Positions 10,034 to 20,224 of a stretch of 64,000 nucleotides of DNA are shown here, piece by piece. The notes below the pieces were generated by a model. The model saw only the letters and a program-made list of their open reading frames with translations. It ran no database searches and was not told where the DNA came from. Both the position numbers and the translations under genes were made by a program. The stretch comes from an uncultured delta proteobacterium (GTDB taxonomy: Bacteria; Desulfobacterota; RBG-13-43-22), in contig CAWDKY010000015.1 of NCBI GenBank assembly GCA_963802945.1, positions 256,001-320,000 of the forward strand, in the 5' to 3' direction. Each line of letters starts with the position of its first letter. Within the stretch, counting starts at the first letter, position 1.

Positions 10034-11260
10034 ATGGCAGCAAAAGCAACAGCCCAAAAATCCTACCGGGGAATTGAGTCCGTCAATGCCTATCGTCGTC
10101 TGATGAAAGGCTATTATTTGATGGCCAAGAATCCCAAATGGTTTGGGAAGAAAGTGGCCTGGATCACCAGCGGTGGACCGGTGGAACCCCTCTATGCCAT
10201 GGGAGTCCTTCCTTTTTATCCAGAGAATTACGGAGCTATGTGCGGCGCCGGTAGAATGGCGGTATCTCTGTGTGAAACAGCCGAATCTCAGGGCTATTCC
10301 CGGGACCTCTGCTCTTATGCCCGTTTGGATATAGGAAGCTCTCTGAGCGGTAAAGGCCCTCTCGGTGTTCTGCCCAAACCCGATTTCCTGGTCTGCGGCA
10401 ATAACATTTGCGGGACGGTTATCAAGTGGTATGAAGTCCAGGCCAGAAATTTCCAGGTGCCGCTTTTTTTCATGGACACCCCTTTTATTTATGAAGAACT
10501 TACAGAGCACACCTTAAAATATGTCCGAAGGCAGATGGAAGAATATATCTCCTTCCTCGAAAGGATAATGAAACGTTCTTTTTCAGAAAAACGTTTTCTT
10601 AAAATTTCGGCCAGATCCGTAGAGGCCGTCGGTTTGTGGAAGGAGATCCTGAAACTTTCCCGCATCCACCCAGCTCCATTTGCCGCCTTTGATGCCTTTA
10701 TCCATATGGCCCCTATTGTCACCTTGCGAGGGACCGGCTGGGCCGTCCGGTATTATCGAAAACTGAAAAAAGAACTCGAAGAGAGGGTGAAAAAAGGGCA
10801 AGGGGCCTTTGCCCGGGAAGATATCCGGTTGATCTGGGATAATATCCCCATCTGGTACGACATCCGAAACCTATCCCAACTCCTGGCCAAACACGGGGCT
10901 GTCCTGGTGGCCGATACCTATACCTCTGCCTGGACCTTAAAGCCTTTGGATCTGGATAATCCTTTGGAAAGTCTTTCCCGCACCTATGCCAGTGTTCTCC
11001 TTAATTTGGGGTTTGAACACAAGGTAGCCAACATGGTGGATTTGATGAAACAGTATCAGGCCAATGGATTTATCATGCATTCCAACCGGAGCTGCAAGAC
11101 TTATTCCCTCGGTCAGTACGATCTTAAAAAAAAGGTTTCCGAGCTGACCGGCAAACCGGGCCTGATCATCGAGGCCGATCATACCGATTCCCGCAGCTAT
11201 GCCCCGAGTCAAGTTGAAAAACAGATTGAAGCCTTTGTGGAAATGGCCCGAAAGGGGTAA
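10034..11260 (+). CDS. 2-hydroxyacyl-CoA dehydratase / benzoyl-CoA reductase family subunit (HGD-D)
   Basis: YPENYGAMC, GYSRDLCSYAR, NNICGTVIKW, HSNRSCK, IEADHTD. Confidence 0.88.
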   Translation: MAAKATAQKSYRGIESVNAYRRLMKGYYLMAKNPKWFGKKVAWITSGGPVEPLYAMGVLPFYPENYGAMCGAGRMAVSLCETAESQGYSRDLCSYARLDIGSSLSGKGPLGVLPKPDFLVCGNNICGTVIKWYEVQARNFQVPLFFMDTPFIYEELTEHTLKYVRRQMEEYISFLERIMKRSFSEKRFLKISARSVEAVGLWKEILKLSRIHPAPFAAFDAFIHMAPIVTLRGTGWAVRYYRKLKKELEERVKKGQGAFAREDIRLIWDNIPIWYDIRNLSQLLAKHGAVLVADTYTSAWTLKPLDLDNPLESLSRTYASVLLNLGFEHKVANMVDLMKQYQANGFIMHSNRSCKTYSLGQYDLKKKVSELTGKPGLIIEADHTDSRSYAPSQVEKQIEAFVEMARKG

Positions 11261-11292
11261 AATTTTTTGGCTTCCCCAAAAAGGAGAAAAAT

Positions 11293-12075
11293 ATGGTTCG
11301 TTTTACGCGGCTTTTTATTATTCCTCTCGTTTCCATAACATTGACTTTATGGGGATGCTCAGCCTTCACTGCTTCGGTTTCGAGCCGATGTCCTCAGAAA
11401 GAAAAACTACAGCAGGGAATCCAGAAGACTTTTCCGAAATTACAGTTTGAGATCACCAAAATCAGTCCGAGTGAAGTGCCGGGTCTCTGTCAGTTTCAAG
11501 TAAAAATAGGGGCCCAGATGCACCTCCTTTATGCCGATTCACAGGGCGATTTCGTATTGACCGGCGATCTGCATGAATTAAAAACCGGGAGGAACTTGAC
11601 CCAGGAAACCGTTCAATATTTAAACCGGTTGACTCCCGAAGAACTTCTCCAAATAGAACCCCTGACAGCCTTCACTCTGGGCCAGGGGAAAAAGCTGATC
11701 TATCTGGTAACCGACCCTCAATGTCCTTATTGCAAGCGAGCTGAAATCCTTATAAATAAATTGTTGGTTGAAAAAGAGGATCTGCAGGTTCGTTTTTTAT
11801 TTTTCCCATTGGACTCACACCAAGGGGCCAAAGAACAATGTATCTCCATCCTCTGCGACAATAAAGGGATCGAAGGCTTTGACAACGGTTATCAATCGGG
11901 TAACCAATGCCCGGAGGGAATCAAAAAAGTGAATAATACGATAGCCTTCCTCCAGAAGAAAGGGATTGATTCTACCCCGAGTCTTATTTTTATGGATGGG
12001 ATTTATTTGGTTGGGCTGCCTTCTGAAGAGGTGTTACGAAGCAGACTGGGACTGTCAAGGCCCCTTCCCAAATAG
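11293..12075 (+). CDS. dsbC: DsbC-family thiol:disulfide isomerase
   Basis: Signal peptide, N-terminal dimerisation region, TDPQCPYC active site, GIDSTP cis-Pro loop. Confidence 0.85.
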   Translation: MVRFTRLFIIPLVSITLTLWGCSAFTASVSSRCPQKEKLQQGIQKTFPKLQFEITKISPSEVPGLCQFQVKIGAQMHLLYADSQGDFVLTGDLHELKTGRNLTQETVQYLNRLTPEELLQIEPLTAFTLGQGKKLIYLVTDPQCPYCKRAEILINKLLVEKEDLQVRFLFFPLDSHQGAKEQCISILCDNKGIEGFDNGYQSGNQCPEGIKKVNNTIAFLQKKGIDSTPSLIFMDGIYLVGLPSEEVLRSRLGLSRPLPK

Positions 12076-12293
12076 CCCTCATCTTCGAGAAACAATATGG
12101 ATGCATACAAAATGGGTTCAAGGGATCTTAAGTCCCGGGTTTAAGATTCAAGGTTCAAGAAAAAACCATATCCTTTTACCGTCAACTTCCTCCACCCCTT
12201 GAATCCTCGAATCCTATTTTCGTGACAGACTAACACCAACGAACTATCCTCGATTAATTTCCTTTTATAACACACTGGGATCAGAGAAAAAAG

Positions 12294-12334
12294 AAGAGGG
12301 GCAGGTTGAAGAAGTTCGACAAACTGCCCCTCTT
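12294..12334 (-). terminator. Rho-independent terminator
   Basis: Stem AAGAGGGGCAG/CTGCCCCTCTT, T-run on minus strand, downstream of small lipoprotein gene. Confidence 0.7.
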
Positions 12335-12361
12335 GATGAAAGATCCAATAAAGACAAGAAT

Positions 12362-12577
12362 TTATTTTTGTGCTGGAGCTGGAGCCGGGGCCGGAGCTGG
12401 GGCTTCAGGAGCCTTTTGCTCTGCACCAGGAGCTGGAGCCGGAGCTGGTTCCGGGGCTTTTTGTTCAGCCGCAGGCGGGGTGGCCGGTGGCGCCTCCTCC
12501 TTTTTCTTGCATCCCAAGGCAAAAGAAAAAACCACGAACAACATTACAACAAGCACCAAGGAAATTATTTTCCGCAT
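12362..12577 (-). CDS. Small Pro/Ala-rich lipoprotein
   Basis: SD AAGGAGGTG, lipobox ALGC, duplicated AEQKAPE(P/A)PAPAP unit, terminator. Confidence 0.8.
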   Translation of the reverse strand: MRKIISLVLVVMLFVVFSFALGCKKKEEAPPATPPAAEQKAPEPAPAPAPGAEQKAPEAPAPAPAPAPAQK

Positions 12578-12732
12578 ATTGATTCACCTCCTTTGCTTAA
12601 TTTAAAATGCTTAAGTCAGTCGAAGATTAATCAAAAAACTAAAAATCTATCTTTTTTCAAGAGGATAGATAACTTATGTTTTTATATAATGAGAGATAAT
12701 AGGCGATCTAAAAGCCCATGTCAAGATAATTT

Positions 12733-13005
12733 TTACTTAATTACTTCAAGGTCAATAAGCTTCAATTTCCCCTTTTCTCTAATAAATTCCCCCATGATCC
12801 AGTAACCCACTTGCAGGTCGGACAACTCAAAATCTGAGGCATCCAGGACTTGGTCGTTTATGGTAATGGTTCCTCGTTTTTCATTAATCTCGGTTATGCG
12901 TCCTTCAACGGGTTCAGGTTCTTTGGCCCAAACTTCAAGGCACAGGGAAGCCAAAAGCAATATGGAAATGAAAAGATAAAACGAATTTTTCTTTCTGGAA
13001 TTCAT
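12733..13005 (-). CDS. Small exported hypothetical protein (DUF5666-like beta domain)
   Basis: Signal peptide; VEGRITEI..GTITIN..LQVGYWI pattern; ATGA overlap with upstream remnant. Confidence 0.55.
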   Translation of the reverse strand: MNSRKKNSFYLFISILLLASLCLEVWAKEPEPVEGRITEINEKRGTITINDQVLDASDFELSDLQVGYWIMGEFIREKGKLKLIDLEVIK

Positions 13006-13412
13006 TTAGTCGATCCTTTCTTTTTTAGGATCTTTTGTAGAACCCCGGCCATCAAAACAGGCCAGGCAATCGTGGCATCGCACAAAACCTCGGCATAACA
13101 CCCTCCTTCCTCAAGGGAATTAAATTTCCCCCAGGAAGCCCCCTTCGAATAGGTACAACCGCTTAAGCCGTCCCAATGTGCAGGTTCGGGACAGATAAGA
13201 ATTCCACAAGAAAAACGTTTCAAGAGAAGGACTTCTTTTAATTGGTCTTGAAGAATTTCCAAAAAAGACCCGACCTGTTGGGCCCGATTTCTCGGCACCA
13301 CGCCGCCGATAGTAAAAATCCCCAGTTTGGAGGCCTTTAGAATACGTCGTGTATAAGAACCCAGCTCATTGTACGAGTTAAAATTCAAGGCCATTTTGTC
13401 AAGGGTTCCCAC
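13002..13412 (-). pseudogene. 3' remnant of a deoxyhypusine-synthase-family gene
   Basis: GIFTIGGVVPRNRAQQ, ICPEPAHWDGLSGCTYSKGASWGKF, AEVLCDATIAWP; the N-terminal part is missing and motifs are eroded. Confidence 0.8.
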
Positions 13413-13751
13413 CTTTAAGCAAGTACGCTATTTTTCATTAAGAAATGCTCTTTACCTTTAGGTTATGATAAAAACCCAGAAAAGTAAATAATTTCTTAAT
13501 AATTTATAGAAAAAATAAATAATCCCGTGGTTTCACACAATACATGATAATGAAATTTTAATAACCACCAAAGTTTTCCTCCCATTGTATCATAATTGGC
13601 CTGGATTTTCTACCCAAGCCTCATATGAAATCAAATCCTCAAAAAGTAATACCCGTATCCTCTCAATAGTTCCATGAGAGGAATTCAAAGTTTTTGATAT
13701 AAAATGTAAAAACAAAACAAATGCCAACTAAAAATGTCATGAATAAGTAAA

Positions 13752-13950
13752 ACTTAAAGAACATTTTAATAATACTTTATTTAAATTGTTGTTTTATGAA
13801 TTTAGGCTTTATTTCAGGTGGAAAAATTGAATTATTCCTAACTTATTGTTAAATAATATATAATAAAGTACTAAAAAAATAATTGACAAATAATAAAAAT
13901 GGTGATAATAAGCATTACTTAAAAAACGTTTTAATACTACTTTATATAAA
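13752..13950. promoter_or_regulatory. 34-bp direct repeat (13752-13785, 13917-13950), candidate operators of the XRE-cupin regulator
   Basis: ACTTAAAGAACATTTTAATAATACTTTATTTAAA vs ACTTAAAAAACGTTTTAATACTACTTTATATAAA (30/34); TTGACA at 13883 between them. Confidence 0.5.
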
Positions 13951-13959
13951 CGAGGTCGG

Positions 13960-14496
13960 GTGAATTTAGGAAAACGAATAAAAGAGCTCCGATTGGCCAA
14001 TCAGTTAACCCAAGATGAATTGGCCGCACGATCTGATCTTACCGCTGCTTTTATCTCTCTGTTAGAGAGTAATAAAAGTTCAGTATCCATTGAATATTTA
14101 ACAAAGGTCCTTGCTGTCTTTGGTGAAACTCTAAGCGATTTTTTTTCCACGGAGGATAAAAAACCATTTGTATTTGGTAAAAAAGATAGGGTGGAGATTA
14201 AAGAACAGGGGATTGATAAGTTTGAGCTTCTTAGTCCTCATTCAACAACAATGGCCATGGAGCCATCTAAACTGGTGATTGCGCAGAATCAAAAATTAGG
14301 GCCAATTAAACCTCATAGTGGTGAGGTAGTAGGTTACATATTAAAGGGAAGGCTAGTAATTTTCTTAGGTAAAAGAAAATGGATCGCAAAAGCAGGCTGC
14401 TGCTTTCAGTTTAAAGCAGACCAAGAGCATTCATTCGAAAATAATAGTAAATCTGATGCAGAGCTACTGTTAATTACTTGGCCTCCACAATTCTAA
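13960..14496 (+). CDS. XRE HTH + cupin transcriptional regulator (PuuR-like)
   Basis: LGKRIKELR..LTQDELAARSDLTAAFISLLE HTH; HSGEVVGYILKG..F.AD.EHSFEN cupin. Confidence 0.88.
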   Translation: MNLGKRIKELRLANQLTQDELAARSDLTAAFISLLESNKSSVSIEYLTKVLAVFGETLSDFFSTEDKKPFVFGKKDRVEIKEQGIDKFELLSPHSTTMAMEPSKLVIAQNQKLGPIKPHSGEVVGYILKGRLVIFLGKRKWIAKAGCCFQFKADQEHSFENNSKSDAELLLITWPPQF

Positions 14497-14563
14497 TAAT
14501 AGTTTTTATGAAAGAAAATTAGTTTGAGGACTACAAAAACAAAAAAGTGAGGTGTACCGAAAA

Positions 14564-15814
14564 ATGAAAAACAAAATAATTTCCTTCAAGTCAAGCCTTA
14601 CAAATAACTCTCTTGAGCAGCCGGTCATCAACTTTTCTCAAACAGAACACCTCTTGAAAAAATATCCAACTCCATTTTTAATATTTTCACCAATAAAAGT
14701 AATTAATAGCATTAATACCCTCAGGGAACATCTCCCTGGAGTTAAGATTTTCTATGCAATGAAATCAAATCCCAATAAGGCTCTTTTAAAGATAATAGCA
14801 AATCTTGTTGATGGTATAGACGTAGCTTCATGTGGAGAAATTTCTATTTGTCAAGAAATTGGGGTTTCTGCAGATAATATGATCCATACCAATCCCATAA
14901 AAAAAGAATCCGACATAGAAAGTTCGGTAAAACAAGGAATTAAATGGTTTGTTTTTGACAATAGGGAGGAAATAAAAAAGCTAAAAAGATTAGCGCCAGG
15001 CTCAAATTTGCTTCTTAGGGTAGCCATTACTAACCCACATTGTGTAGTAAACCTATCTTCTAAATTCGGAGCTCATGAGCCTGACATACTTCCCTTACTT
15101 AAAAAAGCCAGATCCGAGGGATTAAAAATACGAGGCATAGCGTTCCATGTTGGATCACAGTGTACTGATCCTATCATCTATTATAATGCAGTGAGATATG
15201 TCCGAAAAATATTTGATGAGGCTATTTCTGAAGGTTTCACTTTCGACACCCTAGATGTTGGAGGAGGTTTCCCTATATCCTACAAAGATGTTCTGCCGAG
15301 CTTATCTCAATATTGTACTGTTTTGAGAAATAGCCTTCGAGAATTTTTCCCTGATGACTTAAATATTATTGCAGAGCCGGGAAGATGTATTTCTGGAAGT
15401 TGTATCACTCTCGTCACTAAAGTCATAGGCCGTACCATACGAAATGGTGCTCCGTGGTATTATATTGATGATGGAGTTTATGGCGCTTTTTCAGGGAAAA
15501 TATTCGATAAGTGTGATTATAGATTAATTTCTAATCGTTCTGGATCGTTAGAAGAATGCGTTGTTGCTGGGCCGAGTTGTGATTCGATTGATATTGTCGC
15601 TCGTGACCAGAAACTCCCCCGACTTGCGGTTGGTGATTTGCTTCTTGTCCCTGGAATGGGGGCCTATACAAGCGCTAGCGCTACCTCTTTTAATGGCTTC
15701 GCACCTCCAAGCACAATTGTTGCCCCCGATGAAGAGCAAATTGTTGAGGAGGATATGAACAGCGAAATGTTAAATAGATACCCGAAGCGATATGCTTCGA
15801 TCCAGATGCAATAG
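14564..15814 (+). CDS. Fold-type III PLP ornithine/lysine decarboxylase
   Basis: FYAMKSNP (PLP Lys), SKFGA, FHVGSQ, DVGGGF, AEPGR, GPSCDSID, GAYT..FNGF. Confidence 0.9.
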   Translation: MKNKIISFKSSLTNNSLEQPVINFSQTEHLLKKYPTPFLIFSPIKVINSINTLREHLPGVKIFYAMKSNPNKALLKIIANLVDGIDVASCGEISICQEIGVSADNMIHTNPIKKESDIESSVKQGIKWFVFDNREEIKKLKRLAPGSNLLLRVAITNPHCVVNLSSKFGAHEPDILPLLKKARSEGLKIRGIAFHVGSQCTDPIIYYNAVRYVRKIFDEAISEGFTFDTLDVGGGFPISYKDVLPSLSQYCTVLRNSLREFFPDDLNIIAEPGRCISGSCITLVTKVIGRTIRNGAPWYYIDDGVYGAFSGKIFDKCDYRLISNRSGSLEECVVAGPSCDSIDIVARDQKLPRLAVGDLLLVPGMGAYTSASATSFNGFAPPSTIVAPDEEQIVEEDMNSEMLNRYPKRYASIQMQ

Positions 15815-15876
15815 GTTCCTATTAAGGGCCTCCTATTTGAAACGACATTCTTCCTTCTCTTAAAAGAAATTCATTT

Positions 15877-15934
15877 CTGGACCCCGATTTTCGACGGGGT
15901 GACGAGTACAGAGAAAATTCCCTTCGTCATTCCG
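15877..15934. repeat. Degenerate REP/dRS3-like repeat
   Basis: CTGGACCCCGATTTTCGACGGGGTGACG...CGTCATTCCG, similar to 8712 copy. Confidence 0.5.
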
Positions 15935-16078
15935 ATATGTTGATCTGGTTCGGATAGAGAACTCTTGGCCCTCTATGTGATACCATGTTTAATACGGCTT
16001 ATTCAGGTCAGAAATCATTAATTAGGCATAAGGGATAACTCACTCGGAATTTGTGCTTACGACACGGAGGTTATAAAT

Positions 16079-17593
16079 TTGTCCAACTTTAAAAGAACAT
16101 GTTTCGACGGTAAAATTCTTGTAATGGGTTGTGGTTCGGTTTCACAATGCACCCTCCCTCTTTTCGCGCGCCACTTAGATATGACGTTGGGAAAAATAAC
16201 CATAGTTGATTTTATTGATCAAAGAGAAAAAATTATAGAAATATTAAAGGCAGGGGCCAAGTTTGAGCAGGTCAAAGTCAGCCAAGAGAATATTATTGAT
16301 GTATTAAAGAAACAGGTTGGCCCTGGGGACCTAATTGTGGATTTAGCTTGGAATATAGAAACCCTGACACTACTTAGATGGTGCTATGAGAATGAAGTTA
16401 AGTATATCAATACATCTGTTGAAGAATGGGACCCATCCAAAGATATTGAACGTAAATCCCCTTATGAAAGAAGTTTGTATTTCCGTCAAATGCAGCTCAG
16501 GAAACTAAAAATAGAAATGGAATCGAAAAATAATTCGAGTCCTACCATGATAGTAGATCATGGAGCAAATCCAGGGCTTGTGAGTCATTTTACTAAACGC
16601 GCTCTCTTAGAAATTGGATCTGAAATGTTAAGGCGAAATATTCGCAGTGAATTAAAACTCGACATTAAAGAATTTGAAAGAATTATCGCGGATGCCGATG
16701 GGGGAGAAAAAGGGGCGTTTGCTCGACTTTCTTATGCAACAGGAACCAAAGTGATACATATTTCCGAGCGCGACACACAAATTACTGACAAACCAAAAGA
16801 GGTTGCTGAATTTGTAAATACATGGTCGATCGATGGCTTTTATGAGGAAGGGACTGCACCAGCGGAGCTTGGTTGGGGCACACATGAACGGCGAATGCCA
16901 AAATATGCCTATTCCCCGGACGGTGGGCCTGGAAATCAAATATTTATTGCTCAACCCGGTATAAGAACTTTTGTCCACTCGTGGGTACCATTAGGCGGGA
17001 AATTTATAGGCTGTCTTGTGCGTCATGCAGAGGCATTTACGATTAGTGACTATCTTACGGTATGGGAGGATGCTCCAGGGGAAATAAAGCGGCCCATTTA
17101 TAGGCCGACGGTTCATTATGCCTATATGCCATGCGATAATGCTATCCTCAGTCTCTATGAGCTTGCGATGCATAGTTACCAGCTCCAAAATAGATTGAGG
17201 ATAATGACAGATGAAATCACGGATGGAAGGGATGAGTTAGGCGTGCTCCTGTTGGGCCATGGCCTAAACGGTTGGTGGACCGGCTCGCAGTTAGATATTC
17301 ATGAGGCTCGCAAGCTTGTTCCAGGACAAAATGCGACCACGTTACAAGTGGCTGCCGCCGTACTGAGTGGAGTAATATGGATGATAAATAATCCTAATAA
17401 GGGTCTATTAGTACCCGATGATTTACCTTATCGTGAAATTCTCGAAACAGCTCTCCCTTATCTTGGACCATGCCCGTCTGTACAAACCGATTGGACCCCT
17501 TTAAAAAACAGATCTGTATTATTTGATATGTGGGGGAAACCGCTACCAAAGGAAGAAGATGTCTGGCAATTCAATAGTTTTCTTGTTGATTAG
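16079..17593 (+). CDS. hss: Bacterial homospermidine synthase
   Basis: GCGSVSQ Rossmann, HGANPGLVSHF, IHISERDTQ, EFVNTWSIDGF, PAELGWGTHE, YRPTVHYAY, DELGVLL, QNATTLQV, WQF; SD GGAGG + TTG. Confidence 0.93.
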   Translation: MSNFKRTCFDGKILVMGCGSVSQCTLPLFARHLDMTLGKITIVDFIDQREKIIEILKAGAKFEQVKVSQENIIDVLKKQVGPGDLIVDLAWNIETLTLLRWCYENEVKYINTSVEEWDPSKDIERKSPYERSLYFRQMQLRKLKIEMESKNNSSPTMIVDHGANPGLVSHFTKRALLEIGSEMLRRNIRSELKLDIKEFERIIADADGGEKGAFARLSYATGTKVIHISERDTQITDKPKEVAEFVNTWSIDGFYEEGTAPAELGWGTHERRMPKYAYSPDGGPGNQIFIAQPGIRTFVHSWVPLGGKFIGCLVRHAEAFTISDYLTVWEDAPGEIKRPIYRPTVHYAYMPCDNAILSLYELAMHSYQLQNRLRIMTDEITDGRDELGVLLLGHGLNGWWTGSQLDIHEARKLVPGQNATTLQVAAAVLSGVIWMINNPNKGLLVPDDLPYREILETALPYLGPCPSVQTDWTPLKNRSVLFDMWGKPLPKEEDVWQFNSFLVD

Positions 17594-17630
17594 TTTTTGC
17601 TTTAACTTTTTTTAGCAAATCGGGCACCTA

Positions 17631-18374
17631 TTAAAAACAGGATAAAAGTCTTTTTTTCATTTCCCTTGCGCTGAATTCCATTAAAGGTTTGAGCTGAACA
17701 ATATCCATAGTGTTGTATAAAATTAAGCGCCCCAAGGCCGTTTGATCCCCCCATTCATAAGCCTTCCAGAGAAGAACGGCGTCAAACCCATTCAACCCTT
17801 CTACCTGAGGGTCTCGGGGCATTCCCAACTGTTTTTCAATGGACTTTAACCCGCCATGAAGCCCCAGTTTTTTTAAGAGAAAACGCAGATCAATATGAGC
17901 CGGGGGAAGAGAAATATGTCTGAACCACCTCTTAATATAAGGCAGATCAAAACAAGATCCGTTAAAGGTGATGACCAGCGAATAAGAGGCGATGGCCTGT
18001 TCAAAATCGTCTAAATTGCGGCCATTGACAAAGGTTTGTACCTTTCGGCCATCAAAGAGGCCGATGAGCGTGATTTCGTCTAATCCTTGATACCCCCCGC
18101 TGGTTTCTATGTCCAGAAAAACAGCCTCTTCTTTGAAGGACTCAAAGACCCTCCAGAGATCAGACGGAGGAAGACGGTTGGCGAAAAAAAGAAGTTCTTT
18201 TCTGTTTTTAAGGGAAATCTCAAGTTCTCGGCGTATGACGGCATCCCTATCCGAGGAAAGGATTGGATCCTTATGATCCAGGAAGTCTTCCCAAGTCAAA
18301 ATCCCTCGCTTCCAAAGAAGCCGTTCGGTTTTTGTCCCGATCCCGGGAATATGGATAAAAGTATGTTCTAACAA
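17631..18374 (-). CDS. RNase H-like exonuclease (YprB/RNase_H_2 family)
   Basis: HIPGIG HhH-like start, FLDIET, TFNGSCFDLP, GGLKSIE, YNTMD. Confidence 0.85.
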   Translation of the reverse strand: MLEHTFIHIPGIGTKTERLLWKRGILTWEDFLDHKDPILSSDRDAVIRRELEISLKNRKELLFFANRLPPSDLWRVFESFKEEAVFLDIETSGGYQGLDEITLIGLFDGRKVQTFVNGRNLDDFEQAIASYSLVITFNGSCFDLPYIKRWFRHISLPPAHIDLRFLLKKLGLHGGLKSIEKQLGMPRDPQVEGLNGFDAVLLWKAYEWGDQTALGRLILYNTMDIVQLKPLMEFSAREMKKRLLSCF

Positions 18375-18581
18375 GAGGGATACTGCCTATCCATTAGTAC
18401 GAAAATACCGTTCATCGTTTAGAGTTCGTCGTTCAGAGAAACCTATTTTCATATTTCGTGGCTCTCCAGAGAGGCATGAGAGTTTATTAAAACAAGTAAG
18501 TTGAATTTGATAGCTGATAACTCAAAGTGAAAGCTTTTTCTTCCAGCTTTAAGCTATCAACCTTAAGACATTTCAGGTCTG

Positions 18582-18761
18582 TTGGACTCGTAAAAAGTCA
18601 TCAAATAAGACGGCACTATAAAAAGCTCTCCCGCCAAAAGCGGGACTAGGCGTGCATTAAAGGACGCCGCAATAAGCCTGCCCCGGCGAAGAAGGTCGGG
18701 GGAATGGTGCAGCGCAATCCCCGCGAAACGCGGGACTGATGGACTCTTTACGAAGCCGTCA
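18582..18761. mobile_element. MITE-like palindromic repeat, copy A
   Basis: Termini GACTCGTAAAAAGTC / GACTCTTTACGAAGCC; core homologous to 30161-30314 and 20090-20200. Confidence 0.65.
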
Positions 18762-20069
18762 GGCCTGTTGCTTTCCCTTTTCCATCAAGGCCTGAATCGG
18801 TTTTAATAGATAAGGGGTCCCCTCTTCAATGGCGGTCAGAACCGTTCCCCCACCGGTAAAAAAATAATATTGGAGGTTGTCAATAGCCTTCAGGTAAAGG
18901 CCGGGGTTCTGGTCCTTAAATTCCTGGAGGGTATCTCCTCCGCCAAACATTTTATAAGCGGCCTGGTTCATATCAATAGTCAGATCCAGGGCCTTGGTCC
19001 CTTCAGTAAAATAGGGGGAATACCCCATAACGGCATTGACAAAGATCGTTCTGGCCTGGTCAATGACCTCCTTGATCTGAGGGTCTTCAAAGGATTGAGG
19101 GGCAACATCTAAAAGGAAACCATAACGGTTCCCAGTCTTGAAATCCTTGATGCCGATGGTTCGAAATTTTCCTTCAAAGGGTTCATTCATGGTTTCTGAT
19201 TCAACCACACTGGGAAGTTCAACGATCTTTCTGGATTGCTGATCTCTGGCCACTAATTCTTTGGCTGCCAACACGTCACTTTCTGAAACGCCGGCGATTT
19301 CAATCCCCAATTTGGCGGCCAAGTATGCATTATACATGACCCCACCCAAAATCAGATGATCCACCTTTTCATAAATTTTATTCAGAGGACCGATCTTGGT
19401 GTCATATTTGGATCCGGCCACTATGGCCAGAAAAGGACGTTCTGGGTTTAAAACGCGGTCCAGATTGGCAAGTTCTTTTTGCATCAAGAAACCGGCATAG
19501 GAGGGCAAATATTTGGTAATGTCATAGGTGGAGGCATGGGGTTGCCAGGAACCAAAGGCATCGTTAACAAAGACGTCGGCCAAACCGGCCAGTTGTCTGG
19601 CAAAGACCTCCCGATCCGGTCCCTGGCTTTCCTCTCCTTGAAACCAGCGGGTATTGGGGAGATATATCCCTCCTATTTTACGCTGCCGTAGGTCGTTGAC
19701 GACCGTGTTGATTGAATCGTCGATTTGAGTGATCCCTTTGGAACCATCGGCAGGAAAATTAGGGACAAAAAAGTTAGTGTGAAGTTTCTGCTCTAGATAG
19801 CTGACAATGGGTTCCACTCCGCTTTTCGGATCGCAGTTAATGGCCCCCGTCTTTTTGTCTCGAGGACGGCCAACATGGGTCATTAGAATCGGGCGCCCTC
19901 CGCGTTCAACGATATTATAAAGGGTGCCGAAGGTCTGTTCAATTCGATAAGGGTCCTGAATGGCCCCCTTTTTAACCACATTATGGTCCACCCGGACCAG
20001 GACGATTTTGTCTTCCAGATCGGCTTCCTGGATGACCGGGAGGCCGGAGGCCAGGTTTTGCGTAGTCAT
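18759..20069 (-). CDS. pgk: Phosphoglycerate kinase
   Basis: VLVRVDHNV, THVGRP, VNDAFG..HAS, GSKYDTK, GGGDT, TGGG. Confidence 0.88.
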   Translation of the reverse strand: MTTQNLASGLPVIQEADLEDKIVLVRVDHNVVKKGAIQDPYRIEQTFGTLYNIVERGGRPILMTHVGRPRDKKTGAINCDPKSGVEPIVSYLEQKLHTNFFVPNFPADGSKGITQIDDSINTVVNDLRQRKIGGIYLPNTRWFQGEESQGPDREVFARQLAGLADVFVNDAFGSWQPHASTYDITKYLPSYAGFLMQKELANLDRVLNPERPFLAIVAGSKYDTKIGPLNKIYEKVDHLILGGVMYNAYLAAKLGIEIAGVSESDVLAAKELVARDQQSRKIVELPSVVESETMNEPFEGKFRTIGIKDFKTGNRYGFLLDVAPQSFEDPQIKEVIDQARTIFVNAVMGYSPYFTEGTKALDLTIDMNQAAYKMFGGGDTLQEFKDQNPGLYLKAIDNLQYYFFTGGGTVLTAIEEGTPYLLKPIQALMEKGKQQA

Positions 20070-20089
20070 ATTTTTCCTCCTTTGTTCCT

Positions 20090-20200
20090 TGTTCTCATCC
20101 CTCGTCTGCCCGGCGAACTTCTATATACGCCTCTACCCTCGGAATTTTGTACGCCTGGCATCTGAGGGTTTTTGGGCCTCTTGTAAAATGCAAATTTTAT
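20090..20200. repeat. Degenerate MITE-like repeat, copy C
   Basis: Reverse strand CAGATGCCAGGCGTACAAAATTCCGAGG...GCGTATATAGAAGTTCGCCG matches the core of copy B. Confidence 0.5.
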
Positions 20201-20224
20201 TCAACCCATTGTTTATGATTCTTT

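Noticed and set aside
12265-12805. Several overlapping ORFs around the small lipoprotein
   Set aside because: Products of the low-complexity Pro/Ala repeat; only 12362-12577 has SD, lipobox and terminator
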